Shown here: positions 1 through 11,110 of the stretch, piece by piece | Layout: every line of letters starts with the position of its first letter | How positions within the stretch are numbered: position 1 is the stretch's first letter | Origin: Peribolospora baueri | Lineage: Eukaryota | Direction: 5' to 3' | Assembly: GCA_029717555.1 (NCBI GenBank) | Contig: JAMDHS010000060.1 | Coordinates: 114,017 to 134,016, forward strand | DNA length: 20,000 nt | Made by a program: the position numbers and the translations under genes | The notes under the pieces: model-generated | What the model saw: the letters and a program-made list of their open reading frames with translations, nothing else | What the model was told of the DNA's origin: nothing | Database searches by the model: none

Positions 1-495
1 TCTCCCCGCTCCCGTCGGCGCCAAAATAGTCAGCTCAGCTCGGTCGCCTGCGACCAGCGTGGTTGGTTGGTGGGCCAGAAGTTAACCTTGGTTGAGCGGA
101 ACGAGTACGAGACGGGACGCGGCGCGGCGCGGCGGAGAGAAAGACAAGGCTAATGAAGTCGCTGGCCCAGCCTGCCCTGCGACGGACCGTCCGTGGACGG
201 CGCTGAGTGAGGGCCAGAACGAAAATCACACCCGCCGACAGCTTTCCATCACGCCCGCTCACGATAGAACAGACAGACAGAGCTCAGCGCAGCGCAGTAC
301 ACCTTCGTGACGGTACGTGTCCGCCGTGGAGAAATTGACGAGAAAGGGGACCTCTCTCTTCCCACATTACACATTGCACCCGTGAGCACGTTCGACCCTT
401 CCTTCCATCGTCCGCCCATCCGCCATGCGCGTCGTGAGCACCTCGTCGTGAGCACAGTGCCGACTATTCCCCTCACGTCCAACGTGCCCGTACCG

Positions 496-557
496 TGTCC
501 TTGTCCTTGTCCATGTTCATATCCGTATCCGTATCCGTGTCCGCGTCCGCGTCCGTG
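496..557. repeat. Degenerate hexamer simple repeat (GTCCTT / ATCCGT / GTCCGC units)
   Basis: tgtccttgtccttgtccatgttcatatccgtatccgtatccgtgtccgcgtccgcgtccgt shows period-6 structure. It explains the CPCPCP/YPYPYP and GHGYGY runs in the ORF track. Confidence 0.75.
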
Positions 558-1823
558 CCTTCGGCACGGCGTCTCGTCTCGTTCTCGGCCAGCACGCGTC
601 CGCACGTTGTACGTCCAGCTACTCGGCTCATGGAAACGGAAACACAGGTGCTCGAAATGGGTCAACAGACAGACAGTCAGTCAGCCGGTCAGCCAGTCAG
701 CCCGATGGGTCACTCGTCCACGCACCCATCGCCGTCGCTTCGCTCCCTATTCTCCACCTGCAAACGGTTCGCTACGCACGCGAACAAAAAAAGGGCAAGT
801 TCCTAATTAATAAACGTAAACACCTTGCTCGCCGCACCCGTTCCGTTCGTCCATTCGAGGGTCCGTCCAGCGGGGCGGGCCGATCGAGAACGACGACCGC
901 GCTGGGGATGATCATCAGTGGCCGGCCCGTCGGTTTTCGTTCTCGCTATCGTCGGCGCTTCGTGTGCCGCCTTTGAATAGGAAAGCCAACGGCCTGACCG
1001 GCGGCGCGCATCGCAGACAGCCAACCAGCCCGGCCTCCAGCCCGCCTGGTGAAATGAGTCGGTGAGGCCGTTGCGTCTCATCGGACACGAGGCTGGCTGG
1101 AGCAGCCCAGTTGGGCAGCAGTGCTGCACTCAAAAGAAAAAGGACAAACCCCGACCCGATCGAATGCGCATTGCCGTTTCTCAAACCGACTTTCGACGGG
1201 GCCTCAACCGGAGCTGCTTCTTCCAGCGCCAGCGTGCCCTCGTTCCAATATCGTTCCATGAAAACCTCGAGTCGTCGTACTTGCCACTTGCTCCAGCACA
1301 TGCCCTGGCACGACTGGATATGGAACGCCTCGGCGACAGCGCCAACGATAGCGCCACTTTGCGGCATGCTTGGACGTCCGACCTGCCGAGTGTAAGTCCG
1401 ACGAACCGGCCCCCCCCTTTCATTCTTCGGCTTCTGGCGCGTACAAACGAGCAACTTTTTCTCCATGTCCGCGCGCGCGCGGCATACCTGCTTAGTCGCC
1501 GGACTCAATTCTGACTTGGCACCGCCATCCCTCGCCGGCTCGCCGTAAGTGTGCGTCGTGATGATGATGATGACGACCAGCGACGGACGTCCGGCCCGCT
1601 CGTCGTCCGACGGACACGTGGTTTACATAAGCGACGAGCGGAACGGTCCCATGGCCGGTCCCGGAAGGACCGCAGCAGTTGGACGTCTTCCTGTCTCCAA
1701 TCTAATCTTCGATCTCCTTCCTCAGCGTGTCTCCTTTCGCGCTTCGTCTCCTTTCTTTCCTCTTCTGTCTCTCCAAGGTCGAGCGGGAGAGAGAGCGAGT
1801 GTGGGCAGGGCGTCGTTGCTGAT

Positions 1824-4800
1824 ATGATGCTGCTCGGCGGACGGGTGCCTTTGGGGCGAAACCCGCCGCGCTGTCAGAGCGCCCGAGGCAGCTGGTCGTC
1901 GTCTTCACCCCCGGTCGCCTTCGCCCGTCGTCATCCTAGTCCCGACGCCTCCTTCACACCCTCGACAGTGCGCACTCCACGGCCCTTCTTCCTCTCCACC
2001 ACAGCAGTGCGCCGCGATGCACCAGCCAGCTCCTCCAAGCTTGCGGCACCCAAAGACGCAGCAGACAAGGCGTTCGCCCACACCCTCCTCCTTCCCAAGA
2101 CTCCCTTCCCTCTCCGAGCCGACGCCAAGAGGAGGGAGACGTTGTTTAGAGAGAGGACGACGGACGAACTATATCGGTGGCAGGTGAGCGCCGTTCCCGT
2201 CTCTTCCTATTCGCCGTATATGTACGCCGTAGAACTTGGTCGTTGCTGCCGCGTCGGCTCGGCCGAGGAGAATATCGAAACGAGAGTGTGCGAATCGCAG
2301 CGAGACGAGCCGTGGGGGGAGCCAGATGAACAGATTCCCCCAACCCTTGAATGTCTTTTTGTCTAGTGGGTGAACAACACTGGCTCCGTGTTTGTGTTGC
2401 ACGATGGCCCGCCCTACGCCAATGGTCACCTTCACATGGGTGCGTCCGTAACCGGTACCACACCCTCCGCTCCTCATGCGGAGACTACACGAAGAGATGG
2501 ACTGGCATACTGACCTTTTTTTGCCGTCGTCCTTGGCGTTGTCCGTGTATGGTCTGCAGGCCATGCAATGAACAAGATCTTGAAGGATATCATCAACCGG
2601 TACAAGGTCTTGCGCGGTCATCGCGTGCAGTGAGTCCAAAGGCGACGGCATGCCTTTCCTCGATGCAGGTTCTCGGAGGACTGGAAGGAGGATGACTGAA
2701 AAGAAGGAGCAACCCTTCTGTCAACGTTTCCAGCTACATGCCCGGGTGGGATTGTCACGGCCTGCCCATCGAGCAGAAGGCCTTGGCCGAAAAGCTCAAG
2801 GTTAGTCTCGCCCTCTCTTTCTCTCCCCGGTCATTTTTCATCGAACTCGCATGTGCTGACGGACCGTTCCGACGGCCTTACGCGCGTAGGGCAGGGATTT
2901 CCGCACCATCTCTCCCGTTGACATCCGTCGCGCCGCCCGCGAGACAGCGCAAGAGGGCATCGCCCTCCAGCGGGGCGAGTTCCAACGGTTCGGTGTCATG
3001 GCCGACTGGAGCCAGGCAGGGACGTACCGGACCCTAGGTGAGTTTCCGATCGGGGTGTGCCTTGGTTTTGGCTCGCCGCCACGACTTTTTTCCGCCCCCC
3101 TCCTGCGACTGATTCGTTCACCTGGTCATGTGCCCTCCCTGCTCTACACAGACCGTGACTACGAGATGGCGCAGCTCCAAGTGTTCTCCGAAATGGTTCG
3201 AAAAGGTGCGGTGCCGGTTGCGAGCGCTCGGCTCAACTTGACTCCACGCTCTTCGACCGCTCAACGAGACATCCGTCTCCGTCGATAGGTCTCATCTACC
3301 GCAAGCACAAACCCGTGTATTGGTCCCCGTCCTCGCGCACCGCGCTCGCCGAAGCGGAGCTCGTGTACGAAGATAACCACACGTCCAAGAGCGTGTACGT
3401 GCGGTTTCCGCTACGGGCGGGCCCAGGTCTCGTGAGCGCGGTCAAAGGCACGCCCGCAGAGGACAAACTGGGCGAGGCCGCGATCGTCATCTGGACCACC
3501 ACACCGTGGACCTTGCCTTCGAACATGGTGAGCTTAGTTCGTCTTGCGCCGCCGTTGGAGACAGCTCCCGTTCATCCGTCGTCTCGTGTCGCCGTATCGT
3601 CCGCACAGGCCGTCGCTGTCCACCCGGAGCTCAGGTACTGCTTGGCGCGGCTGAGGAGGGACGACTCGTATATGATCTTGTCTCGCGATCGGTTACCGGC
3701 GCTGCGCGAGCTCCTCGGCGACCTGGATCCTCTCGCCGAGTTCCCAGGTGAGCCCGTTTTCCCGACACCCGTGGCAGTCGGATTCGCACGCTGACCGGCG
3801 CGCTCGTTTCAACCTAGGCTCGGCGCTGCTCGACTCGAGCTACACGCACCTCTTCTTGGCCCCGACGTCTCCCCCGCGGCCGATCGTCCCCGGCTCCCAC
3901 GTCACCTCCGACTCTGGAACTGGTCTCGTCCACTCCGCTCCCGCACACGGAGCGGAGGACTATTTGCTGCTCGACTTGCTGGGCTTGCTCAAAGGTTCGA
4001 CGGCCGTGCCTACTTCTTCCAACCTGGCCGGCCGTGCACAAGAGGAGATGATCTGCCCCGTCGATGAGGACGGCCGGTTCACCGGCGACGTCGCCTCCCT
4101 CGGCGATTCTGCCACCCTCGACCTCGCTTCCCGGCTTCAGGGCAAAGCCGTCCAGGGCGCCGGCGGTCGAGAAGTGATCAAGCTGCTCGAGGAAAACGGC
4201 GTCCTGCTCGGTCAGGCGACGATCAGGCACAAGTATCCTTACGATTGGAGGACGAAGAAGCCGGTGATCACGAGGTGAGTGAATGAGGCCGTCGCCGTCG
4301 GGCGGCAGCGTTCCTCGTGGATAGATGGCGTCCGACTGAACGAGCCCGCTTTCTACCCACCCGCTTTCCCTGCCCCTCCCCGTCCGCGTGCTCCTTCCTC
4401 CTGTCCGTCCGACCCTGTTGGTCAGGGCGACGTCTCAATGGTTTGCCAACATTGACGAGATCAAGGAGCTGGCGCTCCAGGTCGCCGACAGCGTTCGGTT
4501 CTCTCCCGAGACTGGTGAGCCCGCTTCCGCTCGTACGTGTCTCAAACGGAAGCACTGAGCGCACGTCCTCCTCCTGGACGGCGCGCAGGGAAGAATCGCT
4601 TGAAAGCTTTCGTCCAAGGACGATCGGAGTGGTGCATATCCCGGCAGCGCGCATGGGGCGTGCCCATCCCTGTGCTCTACGACGCGACCACGGACGAACC
4701 TTTGTTGACGGAAGCGAGCGTGTCGCACATCGCCAAGGTGCTCGGCGACAAAGGAACCGACTACTGGTGGGAGGGTCCTGTGGACGAGTTCCTTCCGGAG

Positions 4801-6787
4801 GACGTCAAGAAAGAGGGACGCTCCTGGCGAAAGGGCACGGATACCATGGACGTCTGGTTCGACAGCGGCGTGTCCTGGGCGCATATCCGCGACCTCCGGC
4901 TCCGTTCACACGCCGACGAAGTGGCCGACGTCTACTTGGAGGGCAGCGACCAGCACCGCGGCTGGTTCCAGTCCTCCCTTCTCACCTCACTCTCCACAAC
5001 GGGCAGAGCGCCTTGCCGCCACATCATCACGCACGGCTTCGCTCTCGACTCCAAAGGCAACAAGATGAGCAAGTCGCTCGGTAACGTCGTCAGCCCTTTC
5101 ACGGTCACCGATGGCGGCAAGGACCTGAGCAAGGAGCCGGCCTACGGAGCAGACGTCCTTCGACTGTGGGCGGCCGCCGTGGAGTACAAGAGGGACGTTC
5201 CCGTCGGGACGGAGATCATGAGACGCGTCTTTGACAAGATGAAGAAACTCCGCAACACCGCTCGCTTCATCCTCGGAAACGTGCCCGCCGACCAGTCCTT
5301 CCGTCCAGTGTCCAAGGCGGAAATGAGTCTCGTGAGCGGCGATGCGAGAAAGAGGGCGAGTGCGCTGCGCCGCCTGCCCCGACGCTTATCCTCGCTCTTT
5401 CCCCATTCGCCCGTCCTGTCCAGATCGAACGATATGTCATGAACGAGGTCTACCATTTGGAGCGGACCGCTCGGGATGCGTATGACGCCGTGGAGTTTAA
5501 CAAAGGTAAACGCCGACTTACCTCGCTTCTCAACCCGAATTGGCACGCTCAAATCTTTGCGCCGTCTTTGTCGTTCGTGAAACAGTGGTGGACGCCGTCA
5601 CCAACTTTAGCAACGTGACTATCTCTGCATTTTATTTCGACATCACCAAGGACTGCCTGTACACGAACGCGGAGGACAGTCTGGAACGGCGGGCCGTGCT
5701 CACAGTGCTTCGGGAGGTGAGCTAGGCAGCAGACCAGGGCGCTTGCCCGCTGGGAGGTCGCAGCCGTCGTGCCGAACTTCATGCTGTCTGTTCTTCGCTT
5801 TCCCTAGGTCTTTCGAGTCTATGTGTCCATCCTCGCTCCGATCGCCCCGCACCTGGCAGAGGAAATCCATCACTTTGCGTCCGGCGCTATCCAGGACCCT
5901 GCGGAGGGACAGGAGGCTGTGTCGCCGACGTCCGTCTTTAGGGCAGGGTGGCAGCATGTCGTGAGTTCCTTTGCTGGACTTTGCACGCGCTTTGATGAGT
6001 TTGCCTCACCGGAACTGCTCCTTCCGCTCACGTCTCCTATCACGCCAGGCCGAGGAGTGGAGGGACGACGGGGTGAAGGCGGAGATGGAAGCTTTGATCC
6101 GTGTCCGGGACCGAGTGCTGGCTCTGCTCGAGCGAGCCAGAAAGGCCAAGTGAGCCCTGCGTCCATCCGTCGTCGTGTTTCGTTAGCGCTTCTCCAGCTG
6201 ACCATTCTCGGACGGGTGGCTGTGACAGGGATCTGAAATCGTCCTTGGAGGCCGAGGTCGACGTTCGATTGTCGTCCCCGCCCGCCAGCGATATGGCTGC
6301 GTCGCTGCGAAGACATGGTGAGCGCGCCGTGCCGCCCGTCTTCGCCCTCGCACGAACGCCCCAAGAGGGCCCGGCCCGGCTGACTGTGACCTTCTTGCGC
6401 CGTGTCGTGTCGCGTCGTTCGTGTCACCCACAGCGGACGTCCTTAGGACTCTATTCATCGTCTCCGACGTGCATCTCGTCGACGACCCGATCGCCTTCGC
6501 CGCGGGCCCCTCACCGCCGTGGTCGTATGCTGACGAAGTGGACGGTGAGACACTTATTCCCGCAAAGTCTTGTCTGTGCGTGTGTTCGCTCGCTCATCGC
6601 CCATCCTCCCCTCTCTCGCCCACCCCTCCCTCTCCACCCCACCCTTCCCTTCCCGTCAGGCATCGCCCTATGCGTCCGGCCGGCAAGAAGAGAAAAGTGC
6701 CCGCGGTGCTGGACGTTTACGCGCGAGCACCACGAGCGGGTGTGCGCCAGATGCGAGGGCGTGCTTCAGGCCGGGTCCGCGCGATGA
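1824..6787 (+). CDS. ISM1: Mitochondrial isoleucyl-tRNA synthetase (bacterial type 1 IleRS), 18 exons, 1077 aa
   Basis: Hand-spliced exons: 1824-2183, 2367-2439, 2560-2629, 2734-2800, 2890-3037, 3152-3205, 3289-3527, 3609-3747, 3818-4274, 4426-4514, 4589-5331, 5424-5505, 5586-5716, 5808-5960, 6049-6149, 6229-6317, 6434-6544, 6660-6787 (sum 3234 nt, in frame, all GT-AG). Motifs: [29 protein letters not shown] (HIGH), [22 protein letters not shown] and [12 protein letters not shown] (CP1 editing domain), [32 protein letters not shown]-terminal CPRC...CARC zinc site. The Arg/Ser-rich, acid-poor N-terminus resembles a mitochondrial presequence. The start ATG (1824 or 1827) is inferred. Confidence 0.96.
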
Positions 6788-6889
6788 CGTGGCGACGACC
6801 GTCATCGTCATTGCCATTCGCCTTTCGCTTTTCGCCGCCCCGCCGGCGTTTTCAGGAATGCAAGGCTTCCGCGGAGAAGGGTTCTGCTG

Positions 6890-6914
6890 GTGTGTGTGTG
6901 TGTGTGTGTGTGTG
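6890..6914. repeat. (GT)12 microsatellite between the convergent IleRS and ABD1 stop codons
   Basis: Uninterrupted gtgtgt... run read directly. Confidence 0.95.
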
Positions 6915-7139
6915 CGTAAAAGAAGGCGCGAATGATGATGGATAAGAGGAAGCAGGACAGGTACGGAAGACTAGAGTACAACGACGACGACGACGGAGGA
7001 CAACAAACAACAGAGACGGGTTCTGCAGGAACATGGGAGAGGAACGGGAAAAGTGAAAGAGACAGAAGCTGAAAGATGGAGGGGAGGGACATGGACATTG
7101 GGGGGGTTGGGACGCGCGCGGCGATCGAGCGAGCGAGCA

Positions 7140-9520
7140 CTACCGCTTCTCGAATGCAAATCCGATGTAAATGTCTGGGAGGTGAAGGGGAACGAAGAGA
7201 GTGGAAAAGCGGTTCAGAAGAGGATTCACGAGCTGCTCGGACGGATCGACGACTCACTAGCCGCTTCCCACTGCTCCTCGGTCATCTGGCTTGTCCCATC
7301 CGGCAGGACGACCTTCATGCGCTCCAACAGGGGGCCGAAGTCGGGAGTGTACCTCTCTTCCGCAAAGATCTCGTGGAACTCTTTGCGATAGATGAGGTGC
7401 AGGCCGTACTCGAGCGCGAGGCTGTGCGGCGGGGGCGGATCACGGGTTAGTTAGGTCAGATGGACGGAAAAGGCGTGGAACTGGGCCCGGCTGGCTGATG
7501 GGCATCCCTCCACTCACTCTTCAAATACGCTCCACTGCACCACAAACTCGGGCACATCCTCCACAGCGTCCTGCAGGAAAAAGTTGTACCGGTGACCAAA
7601 GGCCGGGAATTTGGCTTTGGTGTCAAAGGAGATGCGGTAGACCGAGTTGCCGTACGAGAGCTCGTCGGCCGGGAGGGAACGTAATCGAGATCTGAAGGAT
7701 GGAAAGGAGGGAGCAGGGAATAGGAAGCGCGAGTGAGAAATGACCGGCAAAGTCGCGCGCAGCCTTGGATCGTCCGGAGCGCCCACTCACAACATGGTGT
7801 CCGCGTTGGGGATCGTGCCGAGGAAGACACCGCCCGGGCGCAAATGTCTCGACACGTTCTCGAGCATCATGCGCACCTTGGACGCGCTCTCGAAGGCATA
7901 ATGCATGCAGAACTGCATCGATACGTTATCGAAACCGGGTTGGAGAATCTCGGACGCGATGACCGAGGAGATGGGGTTCTGGAGGGAGCAGGGAAAAGCA
8001 AGGGAGCGATTGAGCTGAGCCAGTCATCGCGCGAGGGGATGAACAAAGCCATCGTCGCCGCCTCACCGAATAGCAGTCGAGGGCGCGGAAACGGGCTCGA
8101 AACTTGGGTGTCCGCATCTGCTGGTATCGTGATTCGGCCTGCTGGACGGACACCTCGGCCAGATCTGCTCGGCGCGCGGGATAGCGGGATCAGCACGACC
8201 GTTCGGGCGACTCTTTGACGCACGACGGACTCACCGATGCCAATATATTCGTCGATCTGCGCCTTGGACCACTTCATGAGATCGCCGCCCTTGCCGCACC
8301 CAATGTCCAACACCCGTCCTCCTACCGGCCTGCCTGCCGCCCACGAATGTCTCCTGTCCGGCGGCGGCGGCCCAGGCGCTCCATCGCGCCGGCCAAGACC
8401 GTTCTCCTCGCCCGCCGCTCCTTTGCCGGCGTGCCAGTCGAGATGGCGCGCAAACTTGCCGATGAGGACGGATTTGATCCAGTTGTTGAAGTTTTTCAAG
8501 CCAATGATCGGAGAGTCGAAGCGCCTCTGCAGGCCCACTTCGGGCCGCAGGTTGTCTGACGGCCGACCGCGCGCGCGGGTCATCAGCATCGGCAAGCGGG
8601 AGAGAACGGGCGGGACGGGAAGGCAGGAAAAGGGACTCACAATGATCGGCCACGACGTCGCCGGTAAACGCGCCGTTGACCCTGCGCTTCTGCCGCCTGC
8701 CATCGTCCGCAGAAACCAAGCCGTCCCACTTTTCCTCCTCCTCCACCGCCCTCTTGCCCAATGTCGTCGGCGACGGCTGACCCGCCGCCGAGCGCTCCTG
8801 CGAGCCAAGCGACCTCGTCGGCGACGTCGCCGCCGCCGCCGCCGTCGCCCCCGCGCGATCCTTGCCCGGCGTCGACGTGCGAAGAGGATTGGAGACGGAG
8901 GCCTGCAATCGCGCGAGTTCGTCTGGCTGGATGGGGACCATGACCGACCTCGCCGGCGTCACTCGGCGCGGACGATAGAAGGCGACGGGCTTGGACGCCG
9001 ACGGCGGCGGCTGTCGCTCCGCCGTACCGTCCCGGGCGAGGGTGGAAGGGCTGGAAGAGACGGTGGAGGCGGACATGGTCCGGCTTCGGCGATCTGCGGC
9101 GACGGCCTGGCGCGCCTCGCCGCCAGGACCGTTGAGGACGTCGGCGATGGTGGAGATGGAAGCCCTGCTGTGCCTGCTGGACAGCCTTCCCTCTTGCGCG
9201 TCCCGGGCGGACGTCGTGCTGTGACCAGACGGCGCCCTCGCATCTCGAGCCACGGCCGCGGGAGGAAAAGGATCTCGAAAGGCGGCGACGGGCGATCGAA
9301 GCGGGTCGATATCCTTGGCGTTGAGGATGTCCGACAGGGCGAACGAGCCGCTGCGTCGGGAAGAAGGCGGCGGAGAAGGCGACTTGGAGCCAGATGCGCG
9401 GGGTGGATCGGGGTCAGGTCCGGGGCCAGGGCCAGGGTCCGCCGAGGGGCCGCCGCTCTCATCAGCGAACGGTCTCGTCGGCGACTCGACGACGGCGTCG
9501 CGAACGGGGTCGTAGGGCAT
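7140..9520 (-). CDS. ABD1: mRNA cap guanine-N7 methyltransferase (Abd1/Pcm1/RNMT family), 7 exons, 619 aa
   Basis: Exons (-): 9520-8641, 8555-8235, 8164-8067, 7978-7791, 7691-7518, 7421-7258, 7174-7140 (sum 1860 nt, in frame, GT-AG). Motifs: [28 protein letters not shown]-binding [66 protein letters not shown]-terminal [17 protein letters not shown]. About 290 N-terminal residues are low-complexity. Start taken as the first in-frame ATG (MPYDPVRDA). Confidence 0.95.
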
Positions 9521-10062
9521 ATCGCGCCAACGCGTCCGTCCGTGCGTCCGTGATGGTTCGGATGGTGGCGCTGTGCCTAGTGCTGGCCGACGGGCGTCGA
9601 CGTGGCCGGCGAAGGCATCCGACGAGCGAGGCTGGCGAGAGGGCGGCGAGAGAGCGATGAGGAGGAGGAGGTGAGATATGAGGCGAGGGTGAGATAGATA
9701 GATGACAGCCAAGATGAAAACGGCGATGGAATGAATGTCCACCGCGCGTGAAGTTGCTGCGGCGACTCTGGAGCGACGGCGACGGGACGGGTACCGACCA
9801 GCTTGCTTCTAGCTCATGGCGCTCGAGACGCTAGCGATGCGACGCGACGAGCGGAAGACTACCAAGGGAGACAGACGTACAAAGGAGCCGGCCCAACGAC
9901 GACGGACGGCGAGCGGCAGGGCTTGGACGAACGAATGCGTCTGCACGCACGGACGGTTTCCCCGCCAGCGTTCAAGGCGTCACCCTTCTACCCGGCGGCA
10001 ATGCGCGGCAATACGCGGTGAGTAGTGGCGACAAAGACGAAAACGAAAAGGCCGAAAAGGAC

Positions 10063-10145
10063 TACCCGCTGACTGGATTGCACCATCGACCCTGGTAGGA
10101 GTGCTGCGCTGATAGGAACGCTGCGCTCCCCTGAGCGCAGCGCGT
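10063..10145 (-). pseudogene. Decayed tRNA-like sequence related to the tRNA-Thr at 13486-13581
   Basis: Minus strand: ACGCGCT GC GCTC AGGG GAGC G ... AGGGTC GATGG TGCAATC CAGTC AGCGGGT A. The acceptor stem pairs 6/7 and the D-stem GCTC/GAGC is present. The 3' 29 nt match the intact tRNA at 25/29. U8, the TTC of the T-loop and the anticodon arm are lost. Short T-runs follow. Confidence 0.65.
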
Positions 10146-10216
10146 GGCTGCGAGAAAGCAGGTTCTCCGTCGCCAGCTAGGAGCGACGCTGCGGAGCAAG
10201 TGCTGATCAAAGGGCC

Positions 10217-10312
10217 CCCTGAACGGTTATTGCGTTTCGCGATGCCGTCGACTCCACCCGGAGTACCCAGTCAGTTCCACCCGCGATAACAACAACAATC
10301 GCTGCGACCGAG
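10217..10312 (+). repeat. Distal left arm of an inverted duplication; partner at ~13203-13295
   Basis: 10217-10255 versus the reverse complement of 13257-13295: 34/39 identical, including 18 nt perfect (ccctgaacggttattgcg). Patchy similarity continues (tacccag; cgat-N9-aatcg; tgcRacYg) to ~10312. Confidence 0.8.
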
Positions 10313-10696
10313 AAGGCACGGACCCACCGACGTTCCATTCTCGGACCCGAGGACGAGCGTGCCAAATAACTTACCAGGACACCTGGTGTGCCGTTTAACA
10401 AGGAGCGGGAGAGGAGGAATTGCCCTCCCTCCCAACGTCGCCCTTGACTCCTTGGACTCTCATCCATTACCCAGTCGCTGCGGTGATTTCCCTTCACCGC
10501 CATTCGTCAGCTTCTTCTCCGTCTTGCCTATGAAACTAGGTACCCTTGGCTTTTTCCTCTCCATCTTTCCAACTCCGACCGCTTACTGGCCTTTTGCGTT
10601 CCTTTACCCATGCTATGCACTGCGATCTCCCAGCTCGACTCCTTTGTAGCGCACAGGTATATTTCTATTACATGAGCCAGCTCAAAGACTCTCTAA

Positions 10697-10742
10697 TCCT
10701 CCGTTTATCAGGCGTCCAGTCCTCCGTTTATTAGGCGTCCTA
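10697..10742. repeat. 23-bp tandem duplication (2 copies)
   Basis: tcctccgtttatcaggcgtccag followed by tcctccgtttattaggcgtccta. Confidence 0.85.
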
Positions 10743-11110
10743 CTCCTCTTTCTTATCGACATGGTCGACTCGTATGTGTTATGCTCACCGGATATTCAAT
10801 TTCGTGCGCAAGCCTAGGGGTGCAATGTGAGAGTGATCAAATGATGATGGTCTCGGGCAAGATCTCTCCCTGATTGGGCATACGAGTATCCTTTCGTCGT
10901 GTCCTGACTCGCGGCTGTCCCTCTGGTTTCGCAGATTGACCATAACGATTCTCGCTATCTGCATCATGCAATTCGTAGGTGGGTGGGGTGTCCATAACCC
11001 GAGCGAGGAGGGCGGCGACCTCGGGCACGAGCTTCGTGACATTCATACCTTCAACACAGCTTCCAGCTGCGCTATCTTGCGTATCACCATCCTCATCCTA
11101 ATCCTAATCC

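Noticed and set aside
1..1160. Short ORFs in the first kilobase
   Set aside because: Low-complexity translations derived from simple repeats, with no coherent exon chain or motif found.
8237..9553. 438-aa plus-strand ORF and other long antisense ORFs over ABD1, IleRS and SCC3
   Set aside because: Arg-rich shadow frames expected opposite GC-rich coding exons; no recognisable motifs.
9521..9742. Hydrophobic N-terminal extension of ABD1 suggested by ORF 8231..9742
   Set aside because: Begins at GTG, not ATG, in a eukaryotic locus; more likely pyrimidine-rich 5' UTR.
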